DNA of 64,000 bases from Lentisphaerae bacterium GWF2_50_93 (GTDB lineage Bacteria; Verrucomicrobiota; Lentisphaeria; Victivallales; GWF2-50-93), in the NCBI GenBank assembly GCA_001804815.1, contig MHBI01000011.1, positions 1,670 to 65,669 on the forward strand, given 5' to 3'. The notes below the pieces were generated by a model. That model saw only the letters and a list, made by a program, of their open reading frames with translations, was not told the DNA's origin and ran no database searches. Shown in pieces: positions 1 to 9,192 of this stretch. Numbering within the stretch: the stretch's first letter is position 1; each line of letters begins with the position of its first letter. A program made the position numbers and the translations under genes.

Positions 1-497
1 GACCGATGCTAACGTTGTTGCGGATATCGCAGTCACGGCAACTTTTGCGATCGACACCTTTACGCTTACCTATACTGCCGGACCCGACGGATCCATAGCT
101 GGGACAAGTCCCCAGACCGTCAACCATGGCGCGTCCGGTTCGCTTGTCACGGCGACACCTTCTGCCAACCACCATTTCGTGAAGTGGAGCGACGATGTGA
201 TGACCGCGGCGAGGACCGATGCTAACGTAGTTGCGGATATCGCAGTCACGGCTACCTTCGCGATCGACACCTTTACGCTTACCTACACTGCCGGACCCGA
301 CGGATCCATAGCTGGGACAAGTCCGCAGACGGTCAACCATGCTGCGTCCGGTTCGCTTGTCACGGCGACACCTTCTGCCAACCACCATTTTGTGAAGTGG
401 AGCGATGATGTTATGACCGCGGCGAGGACCGATGCTAACGTAGTTGCGGATATCGCAGTGACGGCGACCTTTGCGATAGATACGTTCACGCTGACGT
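1..497 (+). repeat. Intragenic tandem DNA repeat, 213-bp unit, about 2.3 copies
   Basis: GACCGATGCTAACG recurs at 1, 214 and 427. Copies 1 and 2 differ at only about a dozen, mostly synonymous, positions. Copy 3 diverges after about 70 bp. Confidence 0.9.
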
Positions 498-3400
498 CTT
501 CAAACGGTGCAAACGGATCAATAACACCTAGTTCCACTGTTAATTACGGAACAGACACGACTTTCTTTGTAACACCAGATATCAATTATGATGTTGTCGA
601 TGTCCTTGTTGATGGAGTTAGTGTCGGAGCAGTTACAAGCTACGATTTCACGAATGTCACGGCATCTCACACTATTTCCACGACTTTTGCTATTGGGGAA
701 CCACTGGAAAACGGGGTTTCTATTCTTGGAATCGGCGGGGACGAAGGAAGTGTAAGGATTTTCAAGGTCACATTGCCTGCTGGTCAGACTCTGCTTACGG
801 TCGAGACTACCGCAGGATTTTCCGGCGACTGCGACCTGTATATAAGACGCGGTGAGATGCCGACTCTTTCCGACTACGATGCGAAAAGTGCAACTGAAGG
901 GAATGCAGAACTGATAACGATCCATGATCCGGAATCCGGCAACTGGTACGTGATGCTCAATGCGTACAAGGATTTTTCCGGAGTGACACTTGTTGTCACA
1001 TATACCGCTGATGCGCCGGCCAAAGTTCTGTCGCTCGATGCGACACAGGGAGCCTATGCGGATAAGATAAGTCTCACTTGGGCAGGTGTAAGCGGAGCTA
1101 CAAAATATGAAGTCTGGCGTTCAGACGTGAACAACGTCGAACTTGCGGTGAATATCGCAGCCGTCGAAGCTCCAGCTGTGTCTTATGAGGATATGCTGCC
1201 AGCCAAGAGCTCGTTCAAGTGTTATTACTGGGTCAGGGCCCTGAACGCCAGTTATACCGGCGGCTTCAGCGACTATGCATACGGAACGACAATCGCGGAC
1301 AATTCCGTGGTGGACCTGAGGAACGGGGTTGCGAAGACGGGGATCTCCGGATCAATTGGTTCCATGAGGACCTTCAGGCTTAACGTGCCTGCCGGGCAGG
1401 CTGTCCTTGATATAACAGTTTCGGGCGGGACAGGGGACTGCGACATCAACGTAGGGCTCGGGGAGACCGGAAGCAGGAGATATTCGATCCGGAGCACAAC
1501 CTCGGAAAACATACAATATGCAAATCCTGTTGATGGCAACTACTACATCAACATCTATGGAAAGACGGCATATACAGACGTAAAGCTAATGGCTAAATAC
1601 ATGCTGGGCTCACCTGTTGCGCCGACTAGGCTTGCCGCTACGCAAGGGACATTTTCGGACAGGATTGTCCTCACCTGGACGGCGAGCTGCGGGGCGACAA
1701 GCTATGATGTCTACAGGGCACTGAAAGTTGGAACAGCCGTGCCTAAATTCGCCGATGCAGTCAAGATAGCCACAGTAGCCGGCACCGAGTATGAAGATAC
1801 GGACGTGGTCTTCGGAGCCGGAGATGCAACCAATATCTATTATTATTGGCTGAAGGCTGTGAATTCGGCCGGTTCGAGCAAGGAAACAGCAGCTGTGAAG
1901 GGCCATATCATGCCATTGCCACTGGCAGCCGGGACGCTTGCAGCATCCGACGGGACATATTTTGACAAGGTTCGTGTGACCTGGGGCAGGAAGACGAATG
2001 TCACAAGTTATGAGGTTTACAGGACTGAAGGTCCGCTTTTCGCCGGAGAGACGCTTGTCGGCGGAGTTGACGCGAGCAGTCTGGCCTCATACGTGTTTGA
2101 TGATTTCAATGTTCCGCTGAACACACTGCCTGCGACGAAATACTATTACTGGATCAAGGCGATAAACAGTGACAATGATAAGTCAGTGCTCAGCATCAGG
2201 CCTAATTCCGGATATGTCTCGAACAGGGGGCCTTCCAAGGTTATCGCCACAAAGGGAACGCTTGCCGACGGGAAGATAATTGTGACCTGGACAGCCGTAT
2301 CAGGCGCCACATCCTACGATGTCTATAAGGACAGCGAAGCTCCTGAAAATGTACCATCAGCAACTTATGAAGACATGCCGGGGGATACTAATTCCCATAC
2401 GTTCGCCATCAAGGCGATATATGGCGGCTATGAGAGCGCTTTCAGTCCTGTAGCTTCCGGTTATGCGGGAGACGCGCCAAGCACATTAGGTGCTCCGGTC
2501 CTGAAAAGCGCCAGCACGAATCTGTATGAATACGTCCTCATCACCTGGGGAGCGGTTGCGAAGGCCAAGGCATACAGGATTTACAGATCCGGGACAAATG
2601 TATTCCCCAATGACGGAGGGATTGCAGATGTCATAGACAGTCTGACCTATGAAGACCATGTAGGCGCCGGCGTGAAATACTACTACTGGGTAACAGCTGT
2701 GATCGATACTGTGGAAAGCAAGCCTAGCGCATCAAAGACAGGCATGGCTGCAGCGGTACTGGCCGACAGCTTTGCTGATCCGGCAGACTATCCGGACGGC
2801 CAGATGATAGCAGTCGCAGGCGCGGACAAGGGATCATGCACGTATTACTCAATAGTGGTACCGGCCGGCACGACACGTCTTGTAGCGACGCTGTCAGGCG
2901 CAGCTACGGCCGGCGATGACTGTGATATGTATGCGAAGCTGGGATGTTATCCGACAACCGCCTCATATAATGCGAAGGGTGTCGAGAACAGGACAGATGG
3001 AACAGATGAAATACTGGCTGTCAAGAATCCTGCAGCCGGCACATGGTATTTCATGCTGTACGGAGCGGGGATCAGTGGATATACTGGAAGGGATTTGACA
3101 GTCGCCTGCTATTCCGCTGCGAATATTTATCTGACAGTGGTTCCAGCCAACGATATGAATCCTCCGTTCAGGGCGACATTCAAAGGCGTGGTTGTTGATG
3201 CGTCCGGGAAAGGCATACCCGGCCTGGCCATCATGGCAAGGAGTCCGATAACCGGGCTTAGTTCATATCTGATAAAGACCAACGCTTCCGGAGTGTTCAC
3301 GTATTCCGACCTCATCAGCACCGAAGGGGAGCACACATACGACTTCTTCTTCACTGATATGCCTGATACGGGAACGGCAAGCCATACGGTGTTTACAAAG

Positions 3401-4066
3401 AACACAAGCCTGAAAACGGCGGACTTTGACTTCTCGGCCTATCTGAAGGCAGCTCCTGTTGCACTCACAGGCGCTCCGGACGATCTTGCAGGAATGAAGG
3501 CATTCCTCAATACAAGCAACGGCTGGGATGACGCGGCTGTAAGTGCAACTTACACGAGAATGTGGATTGACGAGACGATTGGAAAGGTCCAGAGCGACGA
3601 TGCACTTCTCGGGAAGCTTGACGGCGGACTGTATATGGTATTCTACGGAGTTGAAGGCGCTGGCGCAGGCAATGGTACGGACGCAGTTTCCGGTGTTCCT
3701 GTATCCGGACTGTCACCTGTTCCTTTTGTCGTCCACGTGACGACGTCGAAAAAAGATACCGTACTCGGCAATCTGCTGGACATGGGTATCATTGACGCTT
3801 CGACCAAGGCCGGAATTGACTTGGGAAGAACCGGAGTAATCGCGATTGCCTCCTTGGACAGTGCTGATGCCAACAAGGACATTTCACTGCGCGCATATGA
3901 ACAGCTGAATCTCCTTTCGAGCATTACGGACAAGGACATGTCAGTGGTATTTGTCGAGGACGGTAAATATTCGGATGTCCTCACAAGGAAGTTCACTGTC
4001 ACTATCGGTGACAGGCAGATCAATGTGATTACATCAGCGTTTGCAGCGATTACCCAGGAGGAATAA
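2..4066 (+). CDS. Large secreted/cell-surface multidomain repeat protein (5' end outside window)
   Basis: Frame 2 is open to the window edge. Near-identical 71-aa units (FVKWSDDVMTAARTDANVVADIAVTATFAIDTFTLTYTAGPDGSIAGTSPQTVNH) resemble divergent InlB B-repeat (Flg_new_2-like) domains. Three PPC-like modules carry GDCDLY / GDCDIN / DDCDMY. At least five Fn3-like modules match LTWxxVSGATxYxVYR. TAA stop at 4064-4066 is followed by a terminator. Confidence 0.85.
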   Translation, partial: TDANVVADIAVTATFAIDTFTLTYTAGPDGSIAGTSPQTVNHGASGSLVTATPSANHHFVKWSDDVMTAARTDANVVADIAVTATFAIDTFTLTYTAGPDGSIAGTSPQTVNHAASGSLVTATPSANHHFVKWSDDVMTAARTDANVVADIAVTATFAIDTFTLTSSNGANGSITPSSTVNYGTDTTFFVTPDINYDVVDVLVDGVSVGAVTSYDFTNVTASHTISTTFAIGEPLENGVSILGIGGDEGSVRIFKVTLPAGQTLLTVETTAGFSGDCDLYIRRGEMPTLSDYDAKSATEGNAELITIHDPESGNWYVMLNAYKDFSGVTLVVTYTADAPAKVLSLDATQGAYADKISLTWAGVSGATKYEVWRSDVNNVELAVNIAAVEAPAVSYEDMLPAKSSFKCYYWVRALNASYTGGFSDYAYGTTIADNSVVDLRNGVAKTGISGSIGSMRTFRLNVPAGQAVLDITVSGGTGDCDINVGLGETGSRRYSIRSTTSENIQYANPVDGNYYINIYGKTAYTDVKLMAKYMLGSPVAPTRLAATQGTFSDRIVLTWTASCGATSYDVYRALKVGTAVPKFADAVKIATVAGTEYEDTDVVFGAGDATNIYYYWLKAVNSAGSSKETAAVKGHIMPLPLAAGTLAASDGTYFDKVRVTWGRKTNVTSYEVYRTEGPLFAGETLVGGVDASSLASYVFDDFNVPLNTLPATKYYYWIKAINSDNDKSVLSIRPNSGYVSNRGPSKVIATKGTLADGKIIVTWTAVSGATSYDVYKDSEAPENVPSATYEDMPGDTNSHTFAIKAIYGGYESAFSPVASGYAGDAPSTLGAPVLKSASTNLYEYVLITWGAVAKAKAYRIYRSGTNVFPNDGGIADVIDSLTYEDHVGAGVKYYYWVTAVIDTVESKPSASKTGMAAAVLADSFADPADYPDGQMIAVAGADKGSCTYYSIVVPAGTTRLVATLSGAATAGDDCDMYAKLGCYPTTASYNAKGVENRTDGTDEILAVKNPAAGTWYFMLYGAGISGYTGRDLTVACYSAANIYLTVVPANDMNPPFRATFKGVVVDASGKGIPGLAIMARSPITGLSSYLIKTNASGVFTYSDLISTEGEHTYDFFFTDMPDTGTASHTVFTKNTSLKTADFDFSAYLKAAPVALTGAPDDLAGMKAFLNTSNGWDDAAVSATYTRMWIDETIGKVQSDDALLGKLDGGLYMVFYGVEGAGAGNGTDAVSGVPVSGLSPVPFVVHVTTSKKDTVLGNLLDMGIIDASTKAGIDLGRTGVIAIASLDSADANKDISLRAYEQLNLLSSITDKDMSVVFVEDGKYSDVLTRKFTVTIGDRQINVITSAFAAITQEE

Positions 4067-4093
4067 ATCCTGAAGGTTGATTGAATGAACAAA

Positions 4094-4127
4094 AAGAGGC
4101 CGGTTTTTCCGGCCTCTTTTTCTTTTA
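4094..4127 (+). terminator. Rho-independent terminator of the surface-protein gene
   Basis: GAGGCCGG-TTTTT-CCGGCCTC stem-loop followed by TTTTTCTTTT, 28 nt after the stop codon. Confidence 0.75.
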
Positions 4128-4204
4128 TTGACACCCTGCGCCCACGCGTCGGCTTCATCATGCCGCCCCTTGAGCCTGTCGGACTTAAGGTTTTTCGCTT
4201 GCAG

Positions 4205-4410
4205 CAGTCCTCCTTCGGAGGATCTGAGCGTTAAGTAGGTACGTGCTTTCCTGTCCTGTACCGAGCTTAGTTGAAGTAGCTGTCGAAGGAAGCATGTAGC
4301 ATCTTAATTTAGGAATGGGACAGGCTGAAGCCCGTCCCATGAATTCAAGAATGGTACACCCTAAAGGACGTACCTACTTCAAGAACGCGCAAATCCGCCT
4401 CGGCGGACTG
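4205..4410. other. Long imperfect hairpin, candidate structured RNA or palindromic element in a convergent intergenic region
   Basis: CAGTCC (4205) pairs with GGACTG (4405). A perfect 12-bp pair AAGTAGGTACGT (4233-4244) / ACGTACCTACTT (4368-4379) lies inside. Inner hairpins are CCTCC-TTC-GGAGG and GGGACAGGC-TGAA-GCCCGTCCC. No convincing ORF. Confidence 0.3.
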
Positions 4411-4633
4411 TTCGTCATTCGATATTCGTCCTTCCCCAGGTGGAGTTTGCCATCGTTCTTGTCGATCCGCCGCGGTAGTTTTCCAGCGTGTGCAAATCCC
4501 CAGCCGCCTGTGCCAGTGTGCGGAAATCGGGCCAGCCCATGGAAAGATCAGGTAAATGAGTAGGGGGCGACTCTTTGGTTGCGTGGTTCAATCTGTCGTT
4601 TGATGGAGGAGATCTGGAGATAAAGGCGCGATG

Positions 4634-6655
4634 TCACTGTCTGCTGACCACTGACTGCTGACCACTGACCACTGGCTGCTGGCTGCCGTCTGCTGTCTGC
4701 TGTCTCCTGACTCCTGTATCCTGAATTCCGACTCCTTTTGCAATAGCCTCATGAGATGATACGGGTTGGAAATCCAGTATTAGCGATTCTTCTCCCTTCC
4801 ATTCTGTCAGGATGATTTTATTTGTCCTGCAGAAATCAACAAGTATTTCCCTTGCTGGCTCGTTGATTGTCTTCGTGATGGTGATTTTATCAAATTTTGA
4901 GTTTGCATATATTTTTTTAAGATCTACAGAACGTCCGAGCACCTCCAGGCCGAAGACATACTGCCCCTGGAACATCAGCTCCTCCTCGATGATGCCTATT
5001 ATCATGTTGGGATTATCCTCCAGTATCCTGCCCTGGTTTGCGATGAAATACCTGCAGTTGTCGCCGACTCCGCAGAGCAGTATCCTCTGCACCGCAATGC
5101 CATGGTTCTTCCTCATGAAGAGCACATTGATCAGATGATGTTTGAGATAGCGCAGGAACAGCCTTTCACCCAGCAGCGCCAGAGTGGTCAGGGCGAAGAA
5201 GAGGAGGCGTTCGGCGGCAAAGCCACGCCAGCCTTCGATTCCAAAGAGCAGGTTGAGCACGATAAGGAGCAGGAACCCGGCGGACAGGCACTTTATGAAA
5301 TAGATGTAGTCCGGAGCGCTGCCGTGCAGCCAGTTCCTCCTGTAGCACCCGCTGAGGTTCAGCGCCAGCACAATCGGGGCCATGGTAAAAATGGTGCTGA
5401 CGTGCCACGGCATTGCTGCGCACTCATTGTATGTCGAATCAATGAAGAGGAGCCTGCAGAAGAGATAGATGACCGCTACTCCTGCAATATCAAAAAGGGG
5501 CTGGACCGCGCTTGCAATCGCACTTTTCCGGGGTATGGAGAGCCCGGTCAATATCGCCTTGCTCGTATTCCACAGTTCGATATGGGCGATCGTGCTGACA
5601 AGGGTATACACCAGTACCAGCATCAGCACATAGGAAAGGCCGACCAGCACATCCTCCTTCATCAGGTTCAAGACTGCTGCTGCGGCGAAGACTGCGGACA
5701 GGAGGTATATTTTAAACGCCGTGGCCTTCTGGTCATGGTGCTCCTTCTCCAGCATCCTGTGATGTATATGTTCCTTGTCACCCTCGGAAATGGACATTTC
5801 CTTTCCCTGTTGGTGCGGACTGCTTATCAGCTTTCTTGTAAAGCGCCGCCAGATTGCGAGCAGGACATCCAGAATGGGCACGCCAGCAGCAAGCACAGGA
5901 ATCAAGACGGATGTTGCCGCAGTAGAAATGTTGGATGAGACAATACCTATTACTGCAAATACAAATCCGAGGAACATGCTGCCAGTATCACCCATGAATA
6001 TTTTTGCAGGATGGAAGTTGCAGATCAGGAATCCAGAGCAGCATGCGGCAAGGCACAGGATCAGGACAGTGTCGTTGGGGGCGTGGCTGAAGGCAAAGAC
6101 GGCAGCCATGCAGAATGCAGATATGGCTCCCAGTCCAGCCGCCAGACCATCCATCCCGTCTATCAGGTTGAATGCATTTACAAAACTGACTATCCAGAAT
6201 ACCGTCAGCAGCAGGGAAACTACGTCAGGCAGCTCAAGTCCAAAAATATATTTGAGCTTGACGCCGCAAAACCAGGCGACTGCCGCCACGAAGATCTGTC
6301 CCAGGAGCTTTACCCTGGCTTTCAGCTCAAACCTGTCATCGAAGATCCCAAGGATGATTATAAGGCACGACAAGAGGCCGATCTTCTGGAACATCTCAAT
6401 CTTGAAAGTACCCTGGAAATATCCCCAGCCGCTATAGAGGAAGCAGAGCCAGGTTGCGAAAAACGCGACGGCAATCGCCAGCCCTCCGCCCTTGGGCACA
6501 TCGTTCTTGTGGATATGCCTTCCTCCCACAACCCGGTCTATCAGGCCGACAGCTGGCAGCAGCTTGATGCACAGCTTGGTCAAAAACAGCGACAGCATGA
6601 ACCCGATCATCGGGAATATCAGGTACGCCATATATTTTATAATTATAATAACCAT
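4634..6655 (-). CDS. Polyprenyl-phosphate HexNAc-1-phosphate transferase (WecA/MraY GT4 family) fused to a C-terminal TM + CoA_binding_3-like Rossmann domain
   Basis: The N-terminal half is multi-TM with NAFNLIDGMDGLAAG and FMGDTGSMFLGF motifs. The C-terminal part has extra TM helices, then RILLCGVGDNCRYFI...IIGIIEE...VLG...FDKITI, as in the N-terminal half of WbaP-type transferases. The last ~30 codons lie in a word-repeat tract. Confidence 0.8.
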   Translation of the reverse strand: MVIIIIKYMAYLIFPMIGFMLSLFLTKLCIKLLPAVGLIDRVVGGRHIHKNDVPKGGGLAIAVAFFATWLCFLYSGWGYFQGTFKIEMFQKIGLLSCLIIILGIFDDRFELKARVKLLGQIFVAAVAWFCGVKLKYIFGLELPDVVSLLLTVFWIVSFVNAFNLIDGMDGLAAGLGAISAFCMAAVFAFSHAPNDTVLILCLAACCSGFLICNFHPAKIFMGDTGSMFLGFVFAVIGIVSSNISTAATSVLIPVLAAGVPILDVLLAIWRRFTRKLISSPHQQGKEMSISEGDKEHIHHRMLEKEHHDQKATAFKIYLLSAVFAAAAVLNLMKEDVLVGLSYVLMLVLVYTLVSTIAHIELWNTSKAILTGLSIPRKSAIASAVQPLFDIAGVAVIYLFCRLLFIDSTYNECAAMPWHVSTIFTMAPIVLALNLSGCYRRNWLHGSAPDYIYFIKCLSAGFLLLIVLNLLFGIEGWRGFAAERLLFFALTTLALLGERLFLRYLKHHLINVLFMRKNHGIAVQRILLCGVGDNCRYFIANQGRILEDNPNMIIGIIEEELMFQGQYVFGLEVLGRSVDLKKIYANSKFDKITITKTINEPAREILVDFCRTNKIILTEWKGEESLILDFQPVSSHEAIAKGVGIQDTGVRRQQTADGSQQPVVSGQQSVVSRQ

Positions 6656-6671
6656 GAAAGGGCCTTTCCCA

Positions 6672-7784
6672 TCATTTTTCTCCTTGTCGGCCGCAGGGGA
6701 GCTTCCCGAGCCTCTCGACTATCCTCCGGGCGGCATTCCCGTCCCATAGTGGAATCCTCCCCGCTTTCTTGAAGGCGTTGTTCCTTATCATCTCCGCATA
6801 TTGCAGAAGCTTGACGGGGCTGTTCCCTGCAAGAACGGATGAACCTTTGCTTACAGTCACCGGGCGCTCAGTGGCGGACCGGAGCGTAATGCATGGCTTA
6901 TTCAATACGGAGCTCTCTTCCTGGAGTCCGCCGGAGTCGGTCATGATGAACCTGCAGTTCATCTGGAGATTCAGCATGTCGTGATAACCGGCCGGTCCTG
7001 TCAGGATGATGTTTTTCATTGAAGAAATGCGCTGCCATAAATCAAACTGCCTGAGATTTTTTTCAGTACGTGGATGAACCGGATAGATTATCGGCATCCA
7101 TGAAGATATCTGTTCAAATGCATCGACAAGTTTCTTGAGCGTAGCAGGATGGTCGACGTTTGATGGCCGGTGCATGGTCAGCAGGGCATAATTATTCCTG
7201 CTGAGATTATAGTCCTGATATGTCTTCTTCTGCATGGCCCTGTCCTTATTCGCCACCAGCGTATCTATCATTAAATTACCGACAAAATGTATCCTTTCTT
7301 CAACATGCCCCTCATTTTTCAGATTATCTATTGCGGACTGTTCCGTAACCATGAAGCAGTCGGCAATTGAATCAGTGGCGAGCCTGTTGATTTCTTCGGG
7401 CATGGAGCGGTCAAAGCTGCGTATGCCGGCTTCATAGTGTATGACGTATATATGAAGCTGCTTTGCCACAATTGAACAGGCGAGGGTGCTGTTGACATCT
7501 CCGACAACCAGTACAATATCGGGTTTGTATTTGATGCATACTTCTTCAAAAGCCTTCATTATTTCAGCCGTCTGCACTGTGTGCGATGCAGAACCCACGC
7601 CTAGATTCACATCAGGTTTTGGAATTCCAAGCTCCCGGAAGAACATATCGCTCATCTTATCATCATAATGCTGGCCGGTATGCACCAGCACAGGCTCGAT
7701 TTCCGGATGAACCTTGTAGGCTTCCATCAACGGTGCAATTTTCATGAAATTAGGCCTGGCGCCAACTACATTGATGATTTTCAT
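6672..7784 (-). CDS. wecB: UDP-N-acetylglucosamine 2-epimerase (non-hydrolysing)
   Basis: MKIINVVGARPNFMKIAPL, HTGQHYD, VVGDVNST, HYEAGIRSFDRSMPEEINR are classic WecB signatures. There is a 4-nt overlap with the upstream GT. Confidence 0.9.
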   Translation of the reverse strand: MKIINVVGARPNFMKIAPLMEAYKVHPEIEPVLVHTGQHYDDKMSDMFFRELGIPKPDVNLGVGSASHTVQTAEIMKAFEEVCIKYKPDIVLVVGDVNSTLACSIVAKQLHIYVIHYEAGIRSFDRSMPEEINRLATDSIADCFMVTEQSAIDNLKNEGHVEERIHFVGNLMIDTLVANKDRAMQKKTYQDYNLSRNNYALLTMHRPSNVDHPATLKKLVDAFEQISSWMPIIYPVHPRTEKNLRQFDLWQRISSMKNIILTGPAGYHDMLNLQMNCRFIMTDSGGLQEESSVLNKPCITLRSATERPVTVSKGSSVLAGNSPVKLLQYAEMIRNNAFKKAGRIPLWDGNAARRIVERLGKLPCGRQGEK

Positions 7785-9019
7785 TGGTTTATAATCTCCA
7801 GATATTTTTTCGCCAGGCTTTCCCTGGTATAGTGGCGGATGATATTCTCATAGCCTTTCTGCCCCATTCGCTCCGCCAGTTCCCCGTCTCCCGAGATCTT
7901 TTCCAGGGCATCCAGTAATTCGTCCGAATTTCCGGGTTCAATGCATATCCCAGCTTCGATTGTCCTGACAAAATCGGCGGCATATCCCTGGACCCCGATT
8001 ATGATCGGATTCTTCATGGCTGCTGCCTCGAATATCTTGGATGGCAGTACCGATTTAAAAAGATCATTCTTTATCAAATGGATAAGATTTGCATCGCTGG
8101 CAGACAAAATACTCGGAATATCCTCCTTGGGAAGCCGGCCGGTGAAAATAACATTATTTAATTTCCTGTCCTTTGCCAATTGTTCCAGTTCATGGCGTCT
8201 CGCTCCGTCACCGACCAGCAGAAAGGCAATTCTGCCGTTGTTTCCGGCCCTCAGTTTTTCAGCTGCATCTATGACGATGTCAAGTCCGCAGGCCATGCCT
8301 ATGGTTCCCACGTATGAGCAGACAAACTTGTCCATCAAGCCATATTGGGAGATTACAGCCTGGTTTCTAGGGGATGGCTTAAAGATTGCCGTATCAGCTC
8401 CGTTGGTGATCACCGCGATTTTTCCAGCATGGACTTTTTTCGCGGTCAGTTGATCCTTATAGCCGTCACCGACAGTGACAATTGTATCCGCCGCCTTATA
8501 CATTAAGATTTCAAGGACTTCCAGCATCTTGATAAGCAGTTTCGGCATGGATGTGCCGACTGCGATGATTGAATCCGGCCAGATATCACGTATCTCCAGT
8601 ATAAACCTGCGTCTTCTGAGCTTGCTGAGTATTACACCCGCCCAGCCACAGAAGAATTGCGGACTGGTGGCTATTACGACATCCGGGCTTCTGACGAACA
8701 GTCCCGCCAGCACGCTGCTGGACATATAGGACAGGTAGTTCATGATACGTCGAAGTGTCCCTTTGTTGGCGGCGATATAGGTCCAGACTCTGATCACAGT
8801 GATGCCATCAATTGTCTCTTTCTGATATAGTCTGTTCTTGTATCCTTCATACACTATGCCGTCCGGTACATTGGGCACACCTGTAATTACCGTGACCCGT
8901 TGACCATCCTTGATCCAGCACTTTGCCATTTCATATACCCGCGATGCCGGAGCATTGCCTTCCGGCGGGAAGTAATGCGTTAAAAACAGTATATGCTTGG
9001 ATTCAGCCTGTTTATTCAT
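7781..9019 (-). CDS. wbuB: Glycosyltransferase family 4, WbuB-like
   Basis: The N-terminus ILFLTHYFPPEGNAPASRVYE and the GT-B C-terminal half are typical of WbuB-type transferases. The wecB / heparinase-like / bi-domain oxidoreductase context also fits. Confidence 0.7.
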   Translation of the reverse strand: MNKQAESKHILFLTHYFPPEGNAPASRVYEMAKCWIKDGQRVTVITGVPNVPDGIVYEGYKNRLYQKETIDGITVIRVWTYIAANKGTLRRIMNYLSYMSSSVLAGLFVRSPDVVIATSPQFFCGWAGVILSKLRRRRFILEIRDIWPDSIIAVGTSMPKLLIKMLEVLEILMYKAADTIVTVGDGYKDQLTAKKVHAGKIAVITNGADTAIFKPSPRNQAVISQYGLMDKFVCSYVGTIGMACGLDIVIDAAEKLRAGNNGRIAFLLVGDGARRHELEQLAKDRKLNNVIFTGRLPKEDIPSILSASDANLIHLIKNDLFKSVLPSKIFEAAAMKNPIIIGVQGYAADFVRTIEAGICIEPGNSDELLDALEKISGDGELAERMGQKGYENIIRHYTRESLAKKYLEIINQ

Positions 9020-9036
9020 TTTAATTAAAGGACTTT

Positions 9037-9095
9037 TTAACCACTAATTTACACTAACAGGACACTAACGAATATTTGCTGTGAATCTGTTTTTT
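9037..9095. repeat. Half copy (left arm) of the CACTAA/TTAGTG palindromic element
   Basis: TTAACCACTAATTTACACTAACAGGACACTAACGAATATTTGCTGTGAATC lies directly upstream of the wbuB-like start. No right arm is present. Confidence 0.6.
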
Positions 9096-9192
9096 GCATA
9101 TTTCTTAACCAGATTCCCTTGTCCGAGACGGACAACGCTACATTCTGTACCGACGACTGTCCCACCGTCTTACTGTCTGACCGTCCCACTGC

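Noticed and set aside
4315-4600. 82-aa + strand ORF, minus-strand peptide-like frames, and a GGTTCAATC T-loop-like string near 4587
   Set aside because: None of the frames has a supported start, motif or length. No acceptor or anticodon arms can be drawn around the T-loop-like string, so it is neither a CDS nor a tRNA.
5102-6772. Long + strand ORFs (278, 220 and 253 aa) overlapping the WecA-like gene
   Set aside because: They are antisense to a gene with clear PNPT motifs. Their translations are low-complexity (Q/E/R/G-rich) with no recognisable motifs. Such ORFs are typical shadow ORFs.
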